Part shown: positions 26,301 through 36,011 of the stretch, piece after piece
Numbering within the stretch: the stretch's first letter is position 1
How the letters are laid out: each line of letters starts with the position of its first letter
From: Chiloscyllium plagiosum
Taxonomy: Eukaryota
Assembly (NCBI RefSeq): GCF_004010195.1
Contig: NC_057754.1
Coordinates: 5,381,781 to 5,445,780, forward strand
DNA length: 64,000 nucleotides
Reading direction: 5' to 3'
Program-made: the position numbers and the translations under genes
Notes under the pieces: model-generated
Database searches by the model: none
The model's input: only the letters and a program-made list of their open reading frames with translations
What the model was told of the DNA's origin: nothing

Positions 26301-29300
26301 CCTTCATCAGGAATAAAGCTTTATTCCTGATGAAGGGCTTTTGCCCAAAACGTCGATTTTGCCTGTCCTCGGATGCTGCCTGAATTGCTGTGCTCTTCCA
26401 GCACCACTGATCCAGAATCTGGTTTCCAGCATCTGCAGTCATTGTTTTTACCTGATATATTTCTAAGTCAGACTGGTGAGTGGTTCAGAAAGGACTTACA
26501 AGGGGGTGGTGTTCCCATGTCTCTGCTGCCTTTATCCCTAGATGCTTATCCTTTAGATAATACCACATTTAAATTGCTGCAAGGTTATTGTTAAGGAGAC
26601 ACATTAAAGGTCATTGGAGAAATTAAAAGCTCATGGTGTCAGGGGTAACAAATTGATGCAGATGAAAGATTTTGGCAGACAGAAATCAGACAGGAGGAAG
26701 AAATGAGAGTTGGCATTGACTAATGAGTGGGGTGCCACAAGGATCAATGTTGGGCTCTCAACTTTTACAATGGGCATAAATAATTCGGATGAATGGACTG
26801 GAGATATGGTTGCCAAATTTACTGATGACACAGTCAAAGGGAGAGTATAAAATTGTGAAAAGGACATAAGGATATTGCAAAGAGATCGAAACAGATTAAA
26901 TGAATGGGAAAATGGAGTATAATGTGGGAAAACATGAAACTGCCCCTCTGAGAAAAATGACTTCACGAGGAAGCTTTCTGCACCATAGAAAGCATCCTAT
27001 CCAGATGCATCACAGCTTGGTTGGGGAACTGCTCTGTCCAAGATCACGAGAAACTACAAAAAGTTATGAACACAGCCCAATCCATCATGAAACGCCAGCA
27101 TTCCATCCATTGACTCCTGCTACATTTCCCAATGCCTCGGGAAGGCAGCCAACATCATCAAAGACCCTTCCCACCCCGGTTATAATCTCTTCCATCGGAC
27201 AGAATATACAAAGATTTGAGAACACGCACCAACAGTCAAGACCAGTTTCTTCCCCGCCGTTATCAGATTTATGAACAGACGTTTTGTATATTAGAGTTGA
27301 ACTTTCTCTGCAACTCCTCTGTATCTGTAACACTACATTTTGCATTCTGTTCTATTACCCCAATATACTTATGTAAGGTATGATTTCATAGAGTCATACA
27401 GCATGGAAAAAGACCCTTTGGCCCAACCAGTCCATGCAGACCATAATCCCAAATTAAACTAGTCCCACCTGCCTGCTCCTGGTCCATATCCCTCCAAAAC
27501 CTTTCCTACTCATGTACTTATCCAAATGGCTTTTAAATGTTGTAACTGTACCTGCATCCACCATATCCTCTGGGAGTTCATTCCACACACAAACAATTGC
27601 CCCTTGTGTCTTTTTAAAATCTTTCTCCCTCTCATCTTAAAGATATACCCTCTAGTCTTGAACTCCTGCACCTTAGGGAAAAGACACCTGCCATTCACCT
27701 TTTCTATACCCCTCATGATTTTGTAGACCTCTATCAGGTCACCCCTCAACCTACCACTCTCCAGTGAAAGAGGTCCCAGCCAATCCAGCCTCTCCCTATA
27801 ACTCAATCCCTCTATTCCCAGCAACGTCCTGGTAAGTCTCTTCTGAACTCTTTCCAATTTAGTAATCTCCTTCCTGTAACAGGGCGACCAGAACTGGGCA
27901 CAGTGCTCCAGAAGAGGCCTCACCAATGCTCTCTGCTTAGCACGCAAAACAAAACTTTTCACTGTATCTCAGTAGTTGCCAATAATAAATCAAATCAAAT
28001 TGAATAGATTGGTGAGAGATTGCAGCTCTAAGATTCACAAGCGATCCAGTTGCCCTAATGCGTGAACGTCAAAAGGCGACATGCAGGTACAGCAAGAATA
28101 TTAATAGAATGGAATTATGTATTGCGAGGGCAATTCAAGACAAAATAAGGGAGATTATGATTCAGTCAGTTTGGCCACTGGTGAGACCACGTCTGGAGTT
28201 CTATATTGATCTCCTTATTTAAGAAAGAATATAAATGCCTTGGAGGCAGTTCTTACAAGGCTTACTGGGCTAATCCCCTGGAATGGGTGGTTTACCTAAT
28301 GAGAAAAGGTTAGACAGGCTAGGCTGCTGCCCGCTGAGTCTAGAACAGCCAGAGGTGACTTGATTAAAGTGTAAGATACTGAGGAGTCCTGACAAAGTGG
28401 CTGTGAGGTGGCATGTTACCTTGTCTTGAAGAACCACCGTTTGGAATAGTCACCCAATTCTCACAGATTCTCTGGAAATCTCCTACTCGGTGGAAATGGA
28501 GCCTTTGAATATTTTGAGGCAGGGGTACTTAAATTCTTGTTTTTCTTTTATTTTGGTGAACCGAATCGACCTGTTCAAGGATATTATTGCACTCCTCTGG
28601 AGCAGGTGGGGACTTGAGTCCAGACCTCCCAGTCTGCGGGTAGAGACACTACTACTGTCCCACAAGAGGGCCCCCCATTAGATTTTTTTTAACCTATTTC
28701 TTTGAAACAACCCATTCAGAGATATCATTCCACACTTCTGGAGCAAGTGGGATTTGAACCTGGACCTCCCAGACTGGAGTAGGGATAGATTAGATTACTT
28801 TACATTACAGCGTGGAAACAGGCCCTTCGGCCCAACAAGTCCACACCGACCCGCCGAAGTGCAACCCACCCATTCCCCTACATTTACCCCTTACCTAACA
28901 CTACGGGCAATTTAGCACGGCCAATTCACCTGACCCTGCACATCTTTGGACACTACCGCTGTAGGGTAGGGGGGCCCCTCCTTTTGTTTTACTCAACCTA
29001 TTTTTCTAATCAACTTGTTCAGTGATGTTATTACACACCTCTGGAGCCAGTAAGACTTGAACCCCAGGCTTTGCAATCCAAGGGTAGGAACCCTACCTAC
29101 ATACCACAAGAGGGCGGCCTTCTTAGACTCTTGTTAAGCAAAGGAGTGAAATTAGAACAGGAGTACGAGAAATGTGGAGTAATCAGATCTCACTGAATGT
29201 TGGATCAAAGGCTGAGAGGCATGCTCTCACTCCTAACTTATATGATATTGTCTTCGTAGAAATACTGCAAACCTTTTATTAACCTTATCATCTGGCACTC

Positions 29301-32300
29301 TCGATAAACCGGGAAAAATTATATACCACAAATACCATGAATATTCTGTCCAATGATTATAGCTTTTCTAATTTATTTACCTGAATATAAATAATACTTG
29401 TTCTTCAATCAAATGGCCACATTGACAGTTGAGTCAACTTTGAGTTAATTTCTCCTCAAATACCACAATTAGATGATTAGATTATTTACAGTGTGGACAC
29501 AGGCCCTTCGGCCCAACAAGTCCACACCGACGCGCAACTCACCCAGACCCATTCCCCTATACCTAACACGACAAGCAATTTAGCATGGCCAATTCACCTA
29601 ACCTGCACATCTTTGGATTGGGTTGGGATATCTGGTCGGCATGGATGGGTTGGACTGACATGTCTGTTTCCATGCTGTACATCTCTATAACTCTATCTCT
29701 GAGCAGTCTGCCGAGGTGTGAGTGTGAAGGGTCCCTGAATCATAAAATTCCCACAGTGTGGAAGTAGGCCTTTCAGCCCATTGAACCCATACTGACCCTA
29801 TCCCTATAACCCTGCATTTCCCCTTAACTAACCCACTTAACCTGCACGGGCCTGGATGTTACAGGGCAATTTAGTATGGCCATCCCACCCTAACCTGCAC
29901 GCCTTTGGACTGTGGGAGGAAAATGGAGCATCTGGAGGAAACCCACGCAGACACAGGGAGAAAGTGCAAACCCCACACAGACAGTCACCCGAGGGTGGGA
30001 TAGAACCCTGGCCCCGTGAGGCAGCAGTGCGAGCCAGTAAGCCACCATTTTGCCGTTAAGTTTTATTTAAGGCAAAGCTGTAGTGATGTAAACTGTTACT
30101 AAAGTGATGTGTGTACCCCCTGAATTATATTTCTATTACTCAGCGTGTGTTCTTACATTGATTATGTGAACCTCTTGATTATCCGGAATATCCAATCAGC
30201 TGACGTATCCCTTTATCCCATAGCTGCCGATTAATAAAACGTTTGCTGTGCTTCTGTTTGTAACCAACTGGTAAATACTCCAGTGGAATTTCTGCCTGTG
30301 CAGCTCAACACATCACCTCAAAAGGTTGACGACTTTCATCCCACAGTCAATTTGTTCAAAATATTAGTGAGTAAACCTTGTGCTGTTCTGTTTTCCCTAC
30401 AGAGATGCAGTCCTTACGAACGTTATTCGCTGCCCTTGGGAAAGGGTGTCTATCCGCAGCCTTCAGCTGTTGCTATCTCTTTTCAGGTGAACTCTACCCT
30501 ACTGTGGTCAGGTGAGTACACACACACACATTTATTTCCTTCAGCTGCTGTGGTTCAGCAAGTTCATCTTCTGCCTTTACTAGAACAGTGAGTTGACGCT
30601 CTGCCGCAAACACAGCCCAAAACAGACCAGCCTTATCTCGGCTAATCCAGCAGTTGAGGTCACTTTGATCACCCTGGGTTAATGAACAGTAAAATATCCC
30701 AGCATGCTTGGGTTCTTTTTTTCTGCTCCCCAATCGCTGGGAAGTGTGCCACTGAGGTCATGTTTAGCGCACATTGATTGCCCAACAGTATCAGGCGAAT
30801 TTATCTGAGGTTTCTTCTCTCTTTGTACAGCAGCTCAATGGTTGGCGCTGCTGCCTCACGGCGCCAGGGACCCTGGGCCCGGTTCCACCCTCCAGTGATG
30901 CCTGTGTGCAGTTCTTCCCGTGTCTGAGTGGGATTCTGCCAAGTTTCCTCCCACAGTCCTAGGATGTTCAGGCTAGGGTGGATTGGACACACTAAATTGT
31001 CCTGTAATATCCAGGGATGTGTAGGTAAAGGTGGATCGTCAATGCTAAATTGTCCCATAGTGCCCAGGGATGTGCAGGTTAGGGTGGATTGGCCGTGCTA
31101 AATTGTCCCATAGTGCCCAGGGACATGCAGATGAGGGTGGATTGGCCATGGGAAACACAGGGTGACAGGGATAGGGTCGGGTGTGGGTCTGTGTGGGATG
31201 CTCTTCAGAATGTTGGTGCACACTCAACGGGCCGAACGGCCTGCTTCCGCATGGTAGGGATTCTATGATTGTACTACCACTTGGAGCAATGTTCACAAAA
31301 ACCTGGGGGTCGGCGGAAGAAAACAACGCAAGTGCGATCCCGCCACAATCTGGATTTGTACATGATCAGTCCTGAGCTGCCAGTTGCTGTGGGGTCCGTT
31401 TAGCTCATTTGGCTGGATGGTTGGTTTGTGAAAACATATGATGCCGACAGCATGGGTTCAATTCCTGTCACCAGCCTGAGGTTACCATGAAGGATTCCTC
31501 TTCTTGACCGCTTCTCCCTTGCCTGAGGTTGTGACCATCAGGTTAAACTCACTGCCAGTTGTCTCTAACGAAAGAGCAATGCTATGCTCTGGTGAACATG
31601 ACTTGACCAGTTGCTGTGGAATCCACCTCCTAGAGGACTTAGTGATCTCAATGAAGAGAGCAGAAAAAAATAATGAAGCATTTGCAACAGACAGTGCAGA
31701 ATGTTTTTAAGTAATGCATCAGGTTTGTTACAGTGAGATAGAATTGCAAAGGGAATACTTAGTGGGCTTTCTGTTGATAAGAGCCAGAGGTCACCATTGT
31801 TGATAGGAGATTGACCAGATTAAAGAAAGAATTCCCATTAAATAGCAATGTGTCACATCTTTAGGGAAAGCTAAAGCAACTCTTGTAGTAAAAACATTAC
31901 ATTGGACTGCACTCAAACAAGTTATCCAGGCAAACTTTGCAGCATCTGGCAAGGCTCCACATCAGAAAGGTGAATGCAGTTATGGACAGAAAAAAGATGT
32001 TTTCGCCTGTGACACATCCAGCTTTTCATCAAATAGGTGCTTTAACCTCCACTCATCCTAAATTCTGTGCTCATGCCCTTGCAGTAGGCTTAGCTCTAAC
32101 TCAGAAAAGACTGCGAGCAAAAAAGGCAACTTTGGACATGTGCCATGAAGGGTATTACAGTGAAAACAATACAAAGCATTTGCAGAATCATAGAATCCCG
32201 ACAGGGTGGAAGCAGGTCTTTTGGTCCATCAAGTCCACACTGACCCTCCGGCGAGCATCCCACCCAATCCTTCTTCCCCTGCATATCCCAAAGCTAATCC

Positions 32301-35300
32301 ACCCAGCCTCAACACGACAGGGCAATTTCCCACGGCCAATCCACCCTAACCTGCTCATCTTTGGACTGTGGGAGGAAACCAGAGCACCTGGAGGAAACCC
32401 GCACACTCACAGGGAGAATGTGCAAGCTCCACACAGACAGTTGCCCGAGGGTTGGATTGAACCCAGATTCCTGGTGTTGTGAGGCAGCAGTGCTAACCCA
32501 CTGAGCCACTGGTGGACATCATTCCCATCAGAGACCACGTCTTAATGAAGAATGCTGGCGCTATCAAAATGTTGTAATCAAGCTGATAAGCTTTTTTGAT
32601 ACTGAAATGAAAGATACGGTTTAGATTTATGTTAGAGTAAAGAGTGCAAGGTCATTGTGCATTGGTTACATCAGGACGTTGTAGGAAGCTTTGTTAGCTA
32701 AGTTGGCTGGATGTTTGGTTAGAGATTCAATTCCTACACCATTTGAGTTACCTTAAAGGACTCTCCTTCTCAACCTCTCCCCTCAACTAAGAGATGGTGA
32801 CTCTCAGGTTAAGTCACTCTCTCATTCTCTCACTCGTGTGGTTGCTCAGTGGTTAGTACTGCTGCCTCATGGTGCCAGGGACCCGGGTTCAATCCCACCT
32901 TCGGGTGACTGTGGGTGTGGAGTTTGCACATTCTCCCCCCGTGTCTGTGTGTGGGTGCTCCGGTTTCCTCCCACAGTCCAAAGATGTGCAGGTTAGGGTG
33001 GATTGGCTATGGTAAATTGTCCCATAGTGCCCAGGGATGTGCAGGTTAGGGTGGATTGGCCGTGCTAAATTGTCCCATAGTGCCCAGAGACTTGCAGGTT
33101 AGAGTGGATTGGCCGTGCTAAATTGTCCCATAGTGTCCAGGGACATGCAGATGAGGGTGGATTGGCCGTGCTAAATTGTCCCATAGTGTCCAGGGATGTG
33201 CAAGGTAGGGTGGATTGACCATACTAGAATTGTCCCATAGTGTCCAGGTTAGGGTGGACCAGGTTGGGTCCAGATTTGCCATGCTAAATTTTTTAGATTA
33301 GATTAGATTCAATTCGATTCCCTGCAGTATGGAAACAGGCCCTTCGACCCAACAAGCCCACACTGACCCTCCGATGAGTAACCCACCCAGACCCATTTCC
33401 CTCTGACTAATGCATCTAACACTACAGGCAATTTAGCACATCTTTGGACTGTCGGAGGAAGACACGGGGAGAATGTGCAAACTCTACACAGACACCCAAG
33501 TCTAGAATCGAACCTGGGGCCCTGGTCCTGTGAGGCAGCAGTGCTAACCACTGAGCCACTGTGCCGCCCCTTGAAATGGGGGCTCGTCTGGGATGATTGT
33601 CCCATATTATTCAGGAATGTGCAGGTTAGGGTGGATTGGCCTTGCTAAATTGCCTCTTGGTGTGCAGCATAAGGTGGGAAATGCAGGGTTGGGGGGTGGG
33701 GGGATTCTCTTTGGAGAGGTTGGTGTGGACTCGATGGGCTGAATGGCCTGCCACCACACTGTAGGGCTTATGTGATGATTCTAATGAGAGAGTGGGACTG
33801 TGGTGACTTTACCTTATATGGAAAGTAGCATGTGATGCAATAGATTATTACTGTCAGAGCCTGCATTTTCATGGGAAGAGGAAAGGAAGTCAGAAAAATT
33901 GTAATGAGGTGAAATGTTCCGTAACCATCTCCTCCCTCTCACTGTTCTCTTGTGTATCCTGCGCAGGCAGACAGGAATGGGGCTCGTGAGCACAATGGCC
34001 CGCGTTGGGTCCATGTTAGCACCTATCGTAAGGATGAGCGGCGATTACGTCTCGTTTCTGCCCATGACCATATACGGCGGGATGGCAATAATAGCGGGAA
34101 TTGCTGCCTTTCTCCTGCCTGAAACACGGAACACCCCTTTACCGGAAACTATCGAAGAAACAGAAAACAGGTTTGTAACGTCGGAAATTCCCACTGACCT
34201 GAGACACGTGTTAAAAACAAAATGGCCGAAAGGATCTCAATGGATGCCAAGCAATGAGCTCTTTAGTAAGAGTTTGGGTTTGGAATCTAAAATATTTAAA
34301 TACCTTTAAAATAGTTTATTAGGCTTATGTTTTCAATTTGGGTGTGAAGCATGACTTAAATAGGCAGAAAAGGTGTGCAACCCGTGAAAAGGTGAGAGTT
34401 GATCACTGATCCCAAAGATTGGCATAGAGTGTGCTGTATGTGATTACCAGAACTCTTCCCTTCGTTTTCTTCCACCTTTCCTGGTCAACCTGTTATCTGA
34501 GGGTGTCTATCTGACAAGGGCTGATCCTTGCCTCCAAACATTCATTAATCCTTACCCTCATGTTTCAAGGTAGTACACAGGGACAGCAGGTAATCAGGAA
34601 GGGTAATGGAAGGTTGGCCCTTATTTCAAGGGCTTTGGAGTTCATTTTTGTTATTCACTCACGGGATGAGGGCATCACCGGCCAGGCCAGCATTTATTGC
34701 CCCATCCCTAACTGCCCAGAGGGCAGTTAAGAGTCAACCACACCACTATGGATCTGGAGTCACATGTTGGCCAGATCTGGTAAGAATGCCAGTTTCCATC
34801 CATAAAGGACATTAGTGAACCAAATGGGTTCTTCTCCAAGAATGGATTCATGGTCATCATTAGACTCTTAATTCCAGATTTTTCGTGAATTCAAATTCCC
34901 CCATCTCCTGTGGCGGGACTCAAACCCAGGGCCCCAGAACATTACCTGGGACTCTGGATTACTAGTCCAGCGATAATATCGCTAGGCTGTCACCTCCCCC
35001 ATAAGAATAAAGGATGGCACTGCTGCCACACAGAGCCAGGGTTCGATGCCACCCTCGGACAACTGTCTGTGTGGAGTTTGCAAGATCTTCCCCTGTGTCT
35101 GCGTGGGGTTTCCTCCAGGAGATCGGGTTTCCCCCCACAGTCCAAAGATGTGCAGGTCAGGGTGAATTGGCCGTGCTAAATTGCCCCACAGTGTCCAGGG
35201 ATGTGCAGGTTAGGGTGGATTGGCCATGCTAAATTGTCCCATAGTGCCCAGGAATGTGCAGGTTAGGGTGAATTGGCCATGGGAAATTGTCCCATAGTGC

Positions 35301-36011
35301 CCAGGGATGTGCAGGTTGGTGTGGATTGGCCATGCTAAATTGTCCCATAGTGTCCAGGGATGTGCAGGTTAGGTGGGTTAGCCATGGCAGTTACAGGGAT
35401 AAGGATGAGTGTGGGTGGGATGCCATTAAGAGGGTCAATGTGGACTCGATGGGCCGAATGGCCTGCTTTCATACTGGAGGGATTCTCTACTGGGAGAGAG
35501 AGCTCCCAGCCACATTGCTGAACAACATTTAATCCAGGAAATACTGACCAGAGCAGGAAGACGCTTAATCTCGCAAGGAATTATGGGTTACGGGGAGAAT
35601 ATGGGTTAGTGGCATTGAAATGTCCATCAGTCATGATTGAATGGCGGAGTGGACTCGATGGGCTGAATGGCCTTACTTCCACTCCTATGTCTATGGTCTT
35701 AGGGAGATGTGCCAAAAGGCATCAGAAATTCATAGGGTTCCCATCGTCTTCACAATCCAGCCAGTACCTGCTGGGAGGTGTGTGAGGTTCTGGGCGAAAA
35801 CAGGACTTGGTTTAGACCTGAGAGTGAGGCGAACGTAGGAAAAATAGTCAAGGAATAGGAGAGAATTTGAGCGTTTTTGAACCGCTGTTCACGATTTTCT
35901 AACTCATTTATTTCCAGAACAATAAAAGATGCTGAAAAGGCCAAGGACTCCAAGAGGGCTGATGTTGCACTCCAGGAAACCTACCTATCATTGATGAAAC
36001 AGACTGTGTAA
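1952..36011 (+). CDS. SLC22A6-like: SLC22 organic anion transporter (OAT clade), gene A, complete 10-exon CDS: join(1952..2353,9727..9830,10634..10788,12676..12844,18512..18635,20680..20795,25551..25765,30403..30511,33967..34170,35918..36011), 563 aa
   Basis: Manually spliced. Exon lengths 402/104/155/169/124/116/215/109/204/94 sum to 1692 nt, in frame with no internal stop, all GT-AG. SLC22/MFS motifs: [58 protein letters not shown]11 MARVG arginine and TM8 PAK lysine mark anion rather than cation transporters. Exact orthology (A6/A8/A20 etc.) cannot be resolved without a phylogeny. Confidence 0.93.
2590..4420 (+). mobile_element. Cluster of 5'-truncated CR1 3' fragments with nested SINEs
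   Basis: [11 protein letters not shown] motifs and recurrent CR1 3' UTR (gggatatgggcc...gactctatg). Similar fragments recur at about 11430-12400, 13455-14120, 20180-21670, 27390-27930, 36270-37870, 41815-42437, 45225-45870, 49090-49755, 54905-55450 and 60640-62170. Confidence 0.8.
4677..4882. mobile_element. Palindromic Penelope-like hammerhead element with 14-bp TSD
   Basis: About 90-bp inverted arms. Flanks cttccattagtcag (4663-4676) and cttccgttagtcag (4883-4896). Confidence 0.78.
4736..4771 (-). ncRNA. Minimal hammerhead ribozyme motif, intact (N7=A variant)
   Basis: Reverse complement reads attc-CTGAAGA-a-GGGC-ttat-GCCC-GAAA-c-GTC-gatt. Confidence 0.72.
5137..6583 (-). mobile_element. 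CR1 (HER1-like) LINE, 3' part of ORF2 (RT and C-terminus) with 3' UTR
   Basis: ORFs 5211-6065 ([25 protein letters not shown]) and 6182-6568 ([24 protein letters not shown]). Confidence 0.92.
8556..8895 (+). repeat. Degenerate (TG)n microsatellite
   Basis: About 340 bp of TG-dominated sequence. Confidence 0.9.
9727..9830 (+). CDS. SLC22A6-like: Gene A exon 2 ([34 protein letters not shown])
   Basis: Acceptor tgacag|TGG, donor CAA|gtaaga, 104 nt, WDLVC motif. Confidence 0.95.
10634..10788 (+). CDS. SLC22A6-like: Gene A exon 3 ([10 protein letters not shown]...GIILNAFSL)
   Basis: Acceptor ttacag|G, donor TCA|gtaagt, 155 nt, completes the DKFGRR motif. Confidence 0.95.
12676..12844 (+). CDS. 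SLC22A6-like: Gene A exon 4 (VEWIPTRFR...FFLYSW)
   Basis: Acceptor ctgcag|AG, donor TTG|gtacgt, 169 nt, VEW and DWRWLQ motifs. Confidence 0.93.
14224..17300 (+). mobile_element. Degenerate CR1 LINE retaining ORF1 remnants (Cys motif, esterase-like segment), endonuclease start and 3' end
   Basis: [15 protein letters not shown]-like segment near 15280, [15 protein letters not shown], and a CR1 3' tail at about 16880-17300. Confidence 0.8.
14517..15145. mobile_element. 629-bp Tc1/mariner-type MITE with TA target duplication, nested in CR1 ORF1
   Basis: TA|cacaggaacctcaattatcc...ggataatcaaggtactactg|TA. Removing it restores CR1 ORF1 SNKY-AVL. Confidence 0.75.
18512..18635 (+). CDS. SLC22A6-like: Gene A exon 5 (WFPESARWL...EKLTIE)
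   Basis: Acceptor caaaag|G, donor GAA|gtaagt, 124 nt, PESARW motif. Confidence 0.94.
18754..18837 (+). mobile_element. Single-arm Penelope-like hammerhead element fragment
   Basis: CCTGATGAAGGGCTTATGCCCGAAATGTC followed by the family 3' sequence. Confidence 0.65.
20680..20795 (+). CDS. SLC22A6-like: Gene A exon 6 ([10 protein letters not shown]...[18 protein letters not shown])
   Basis: Acceptor tcacag|ATT, donor TTG|gtaagt, 116 nt, DLFRTP motif. Not in the ORF track in this frame. Confidence 0.93.
23381..23603. mobile_element. Palindromic element with two back-to-back hammerhead cores, 10-bp TSD
   Basis: Centre TCATCAGGAA|TTCCTGATGA at 23510/23511. TSD gttaatccag at 23371-23380 and 23604-23613. 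Confidence 0.78.
24286..24795 (+). mobile_element. Young CR1 3' fragment nested in a minus-strand SINE (24108-24948)
   Basis: Uninterrupted [12 protein letters not shown]...[12 protein letters not shown]...FTQRVV frame and (TCTATTG)n tail. The SINE resumes at ctttggactg. Confidence 0.85.
25551..25765 (+). CDS. SLC22A6-like: Gene A exon 7 ([10 protein letters not shown]...NIFVPK)
   Basis: Acceptor ttgtag|G, donor AAG|gtaagg, 215 nt, [12 protein letters not shown] and IGRR motifs. Confidence 0.95.
26220..26451. mobile_element. Near-perfect 200-bp palindromic hammerhead element, 15-bp TSD
   Basis: 26219-26318 is the reverse complement of 26319-26418 with 2 mismatches. TSD ctgatatatttctaa at 26205-26219 and 26452-26466. 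Confidence 0.85.
26279..26314 (-). ncRNA. Minimal hammerhead ribozyme motif, intact (left arm of palindrome)
   Basis: Reverse complement reads attc-CTGATGA-a-GGGC-tttt-GCCC-GAAA-c-GTC-gatt. Confidence 0.75.
29265..30248. mobile_element. Older MITE with degenerate TIRs, carrying nested SINEs
   Basis: TA|ctgcaaaccttttattaacc versus terminal gattaataaaacgtttgctg (17/20 inverted match). Confidence 0.55.
30403..30511 (+). CDS. SLC22A6-like: Gene A exon 8 ([15 protein letters not shown]...ELYPTVV)
   Basis: Acceptor ctacag|AG, donor CAG|gtgagt, 109 nt, LGKG and ELYPT motifs. Confidence 0.94.
31390..31610 (+). mobile_element. Third, older tRNA-headed SINE family
   Basis: tagctcatttggctgg A box, gggttcaattcc B box, gaggttaccatgaagg...caggttaaac core. 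A second copy at 32688-32825 has its tail at about 33780-33815, split by nested SINEs. Confidence 0.55.
32857..33290 (+). mobile_element. HE1-like SINE with an internal 53-bp tandem array (about 5 copies)
   Basis: Unit gatgtgcaggttagggtggattggccgtgctaaattgtcccatagtgcccagg starts at 32983, 33036, 33089, 33142 and 33195. Confidence 0.85.
33967..34170 (+). CDS. SLC22A6-like: Gene A exon 9 ([14 protein letters not shown]...[10 protein letters not shown])
   Basis: Acceptor gcgcag|G, donor CAG|gtttgt, 204 nt, OAT-type TM11 Arg, LLPET and LPETI motifs. Confidence 0.95.
34640..35000 (-). mobile_element. Second tRNA-derived SINE family (possibly DeuSINE-like)
   Basis: Shared block ggacattagtgaacca...gagtcaaccac...gcccagagggcagttaagag also at about 9945-10085, 17455-17735, 23700-23980 and 39290-39515. 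Confidence 0.55.
35014..35488 (+). mobile_element. HE1-like SINE with an internal 53-bp tandem array (about 4.5 copies)
   Basis: Units start at 35147, 35200, 35253, 35306 and 35359. Confidence 0.85.
35918..36011 (+). CDS. SLC22A6-like: Gene A exon 10, coding part ([31 protein letters not shown])
   Basis: Pyrimidine tract atttatttccag| acceptor, phase matches exon 9, charged cytoplasmic tail, TAA at 36009-36011, lies in non-repetitive DNA. The tail is poorly conserved, so this exon is less certain. Confidence 0.75.

Noticed and set aside
26201..26442. Near-identical peptides encoded on both strands ([15 protein letters not shown])
   Set aside because: A trivial consequence of the 200-bp palindrome.
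35997..36011. C-terminal class I PDZ-binding motif
   Set aside because: The tail is K-Q-T-V, with Gln rather than Ser/Thr at position -2, so it is not canonical.
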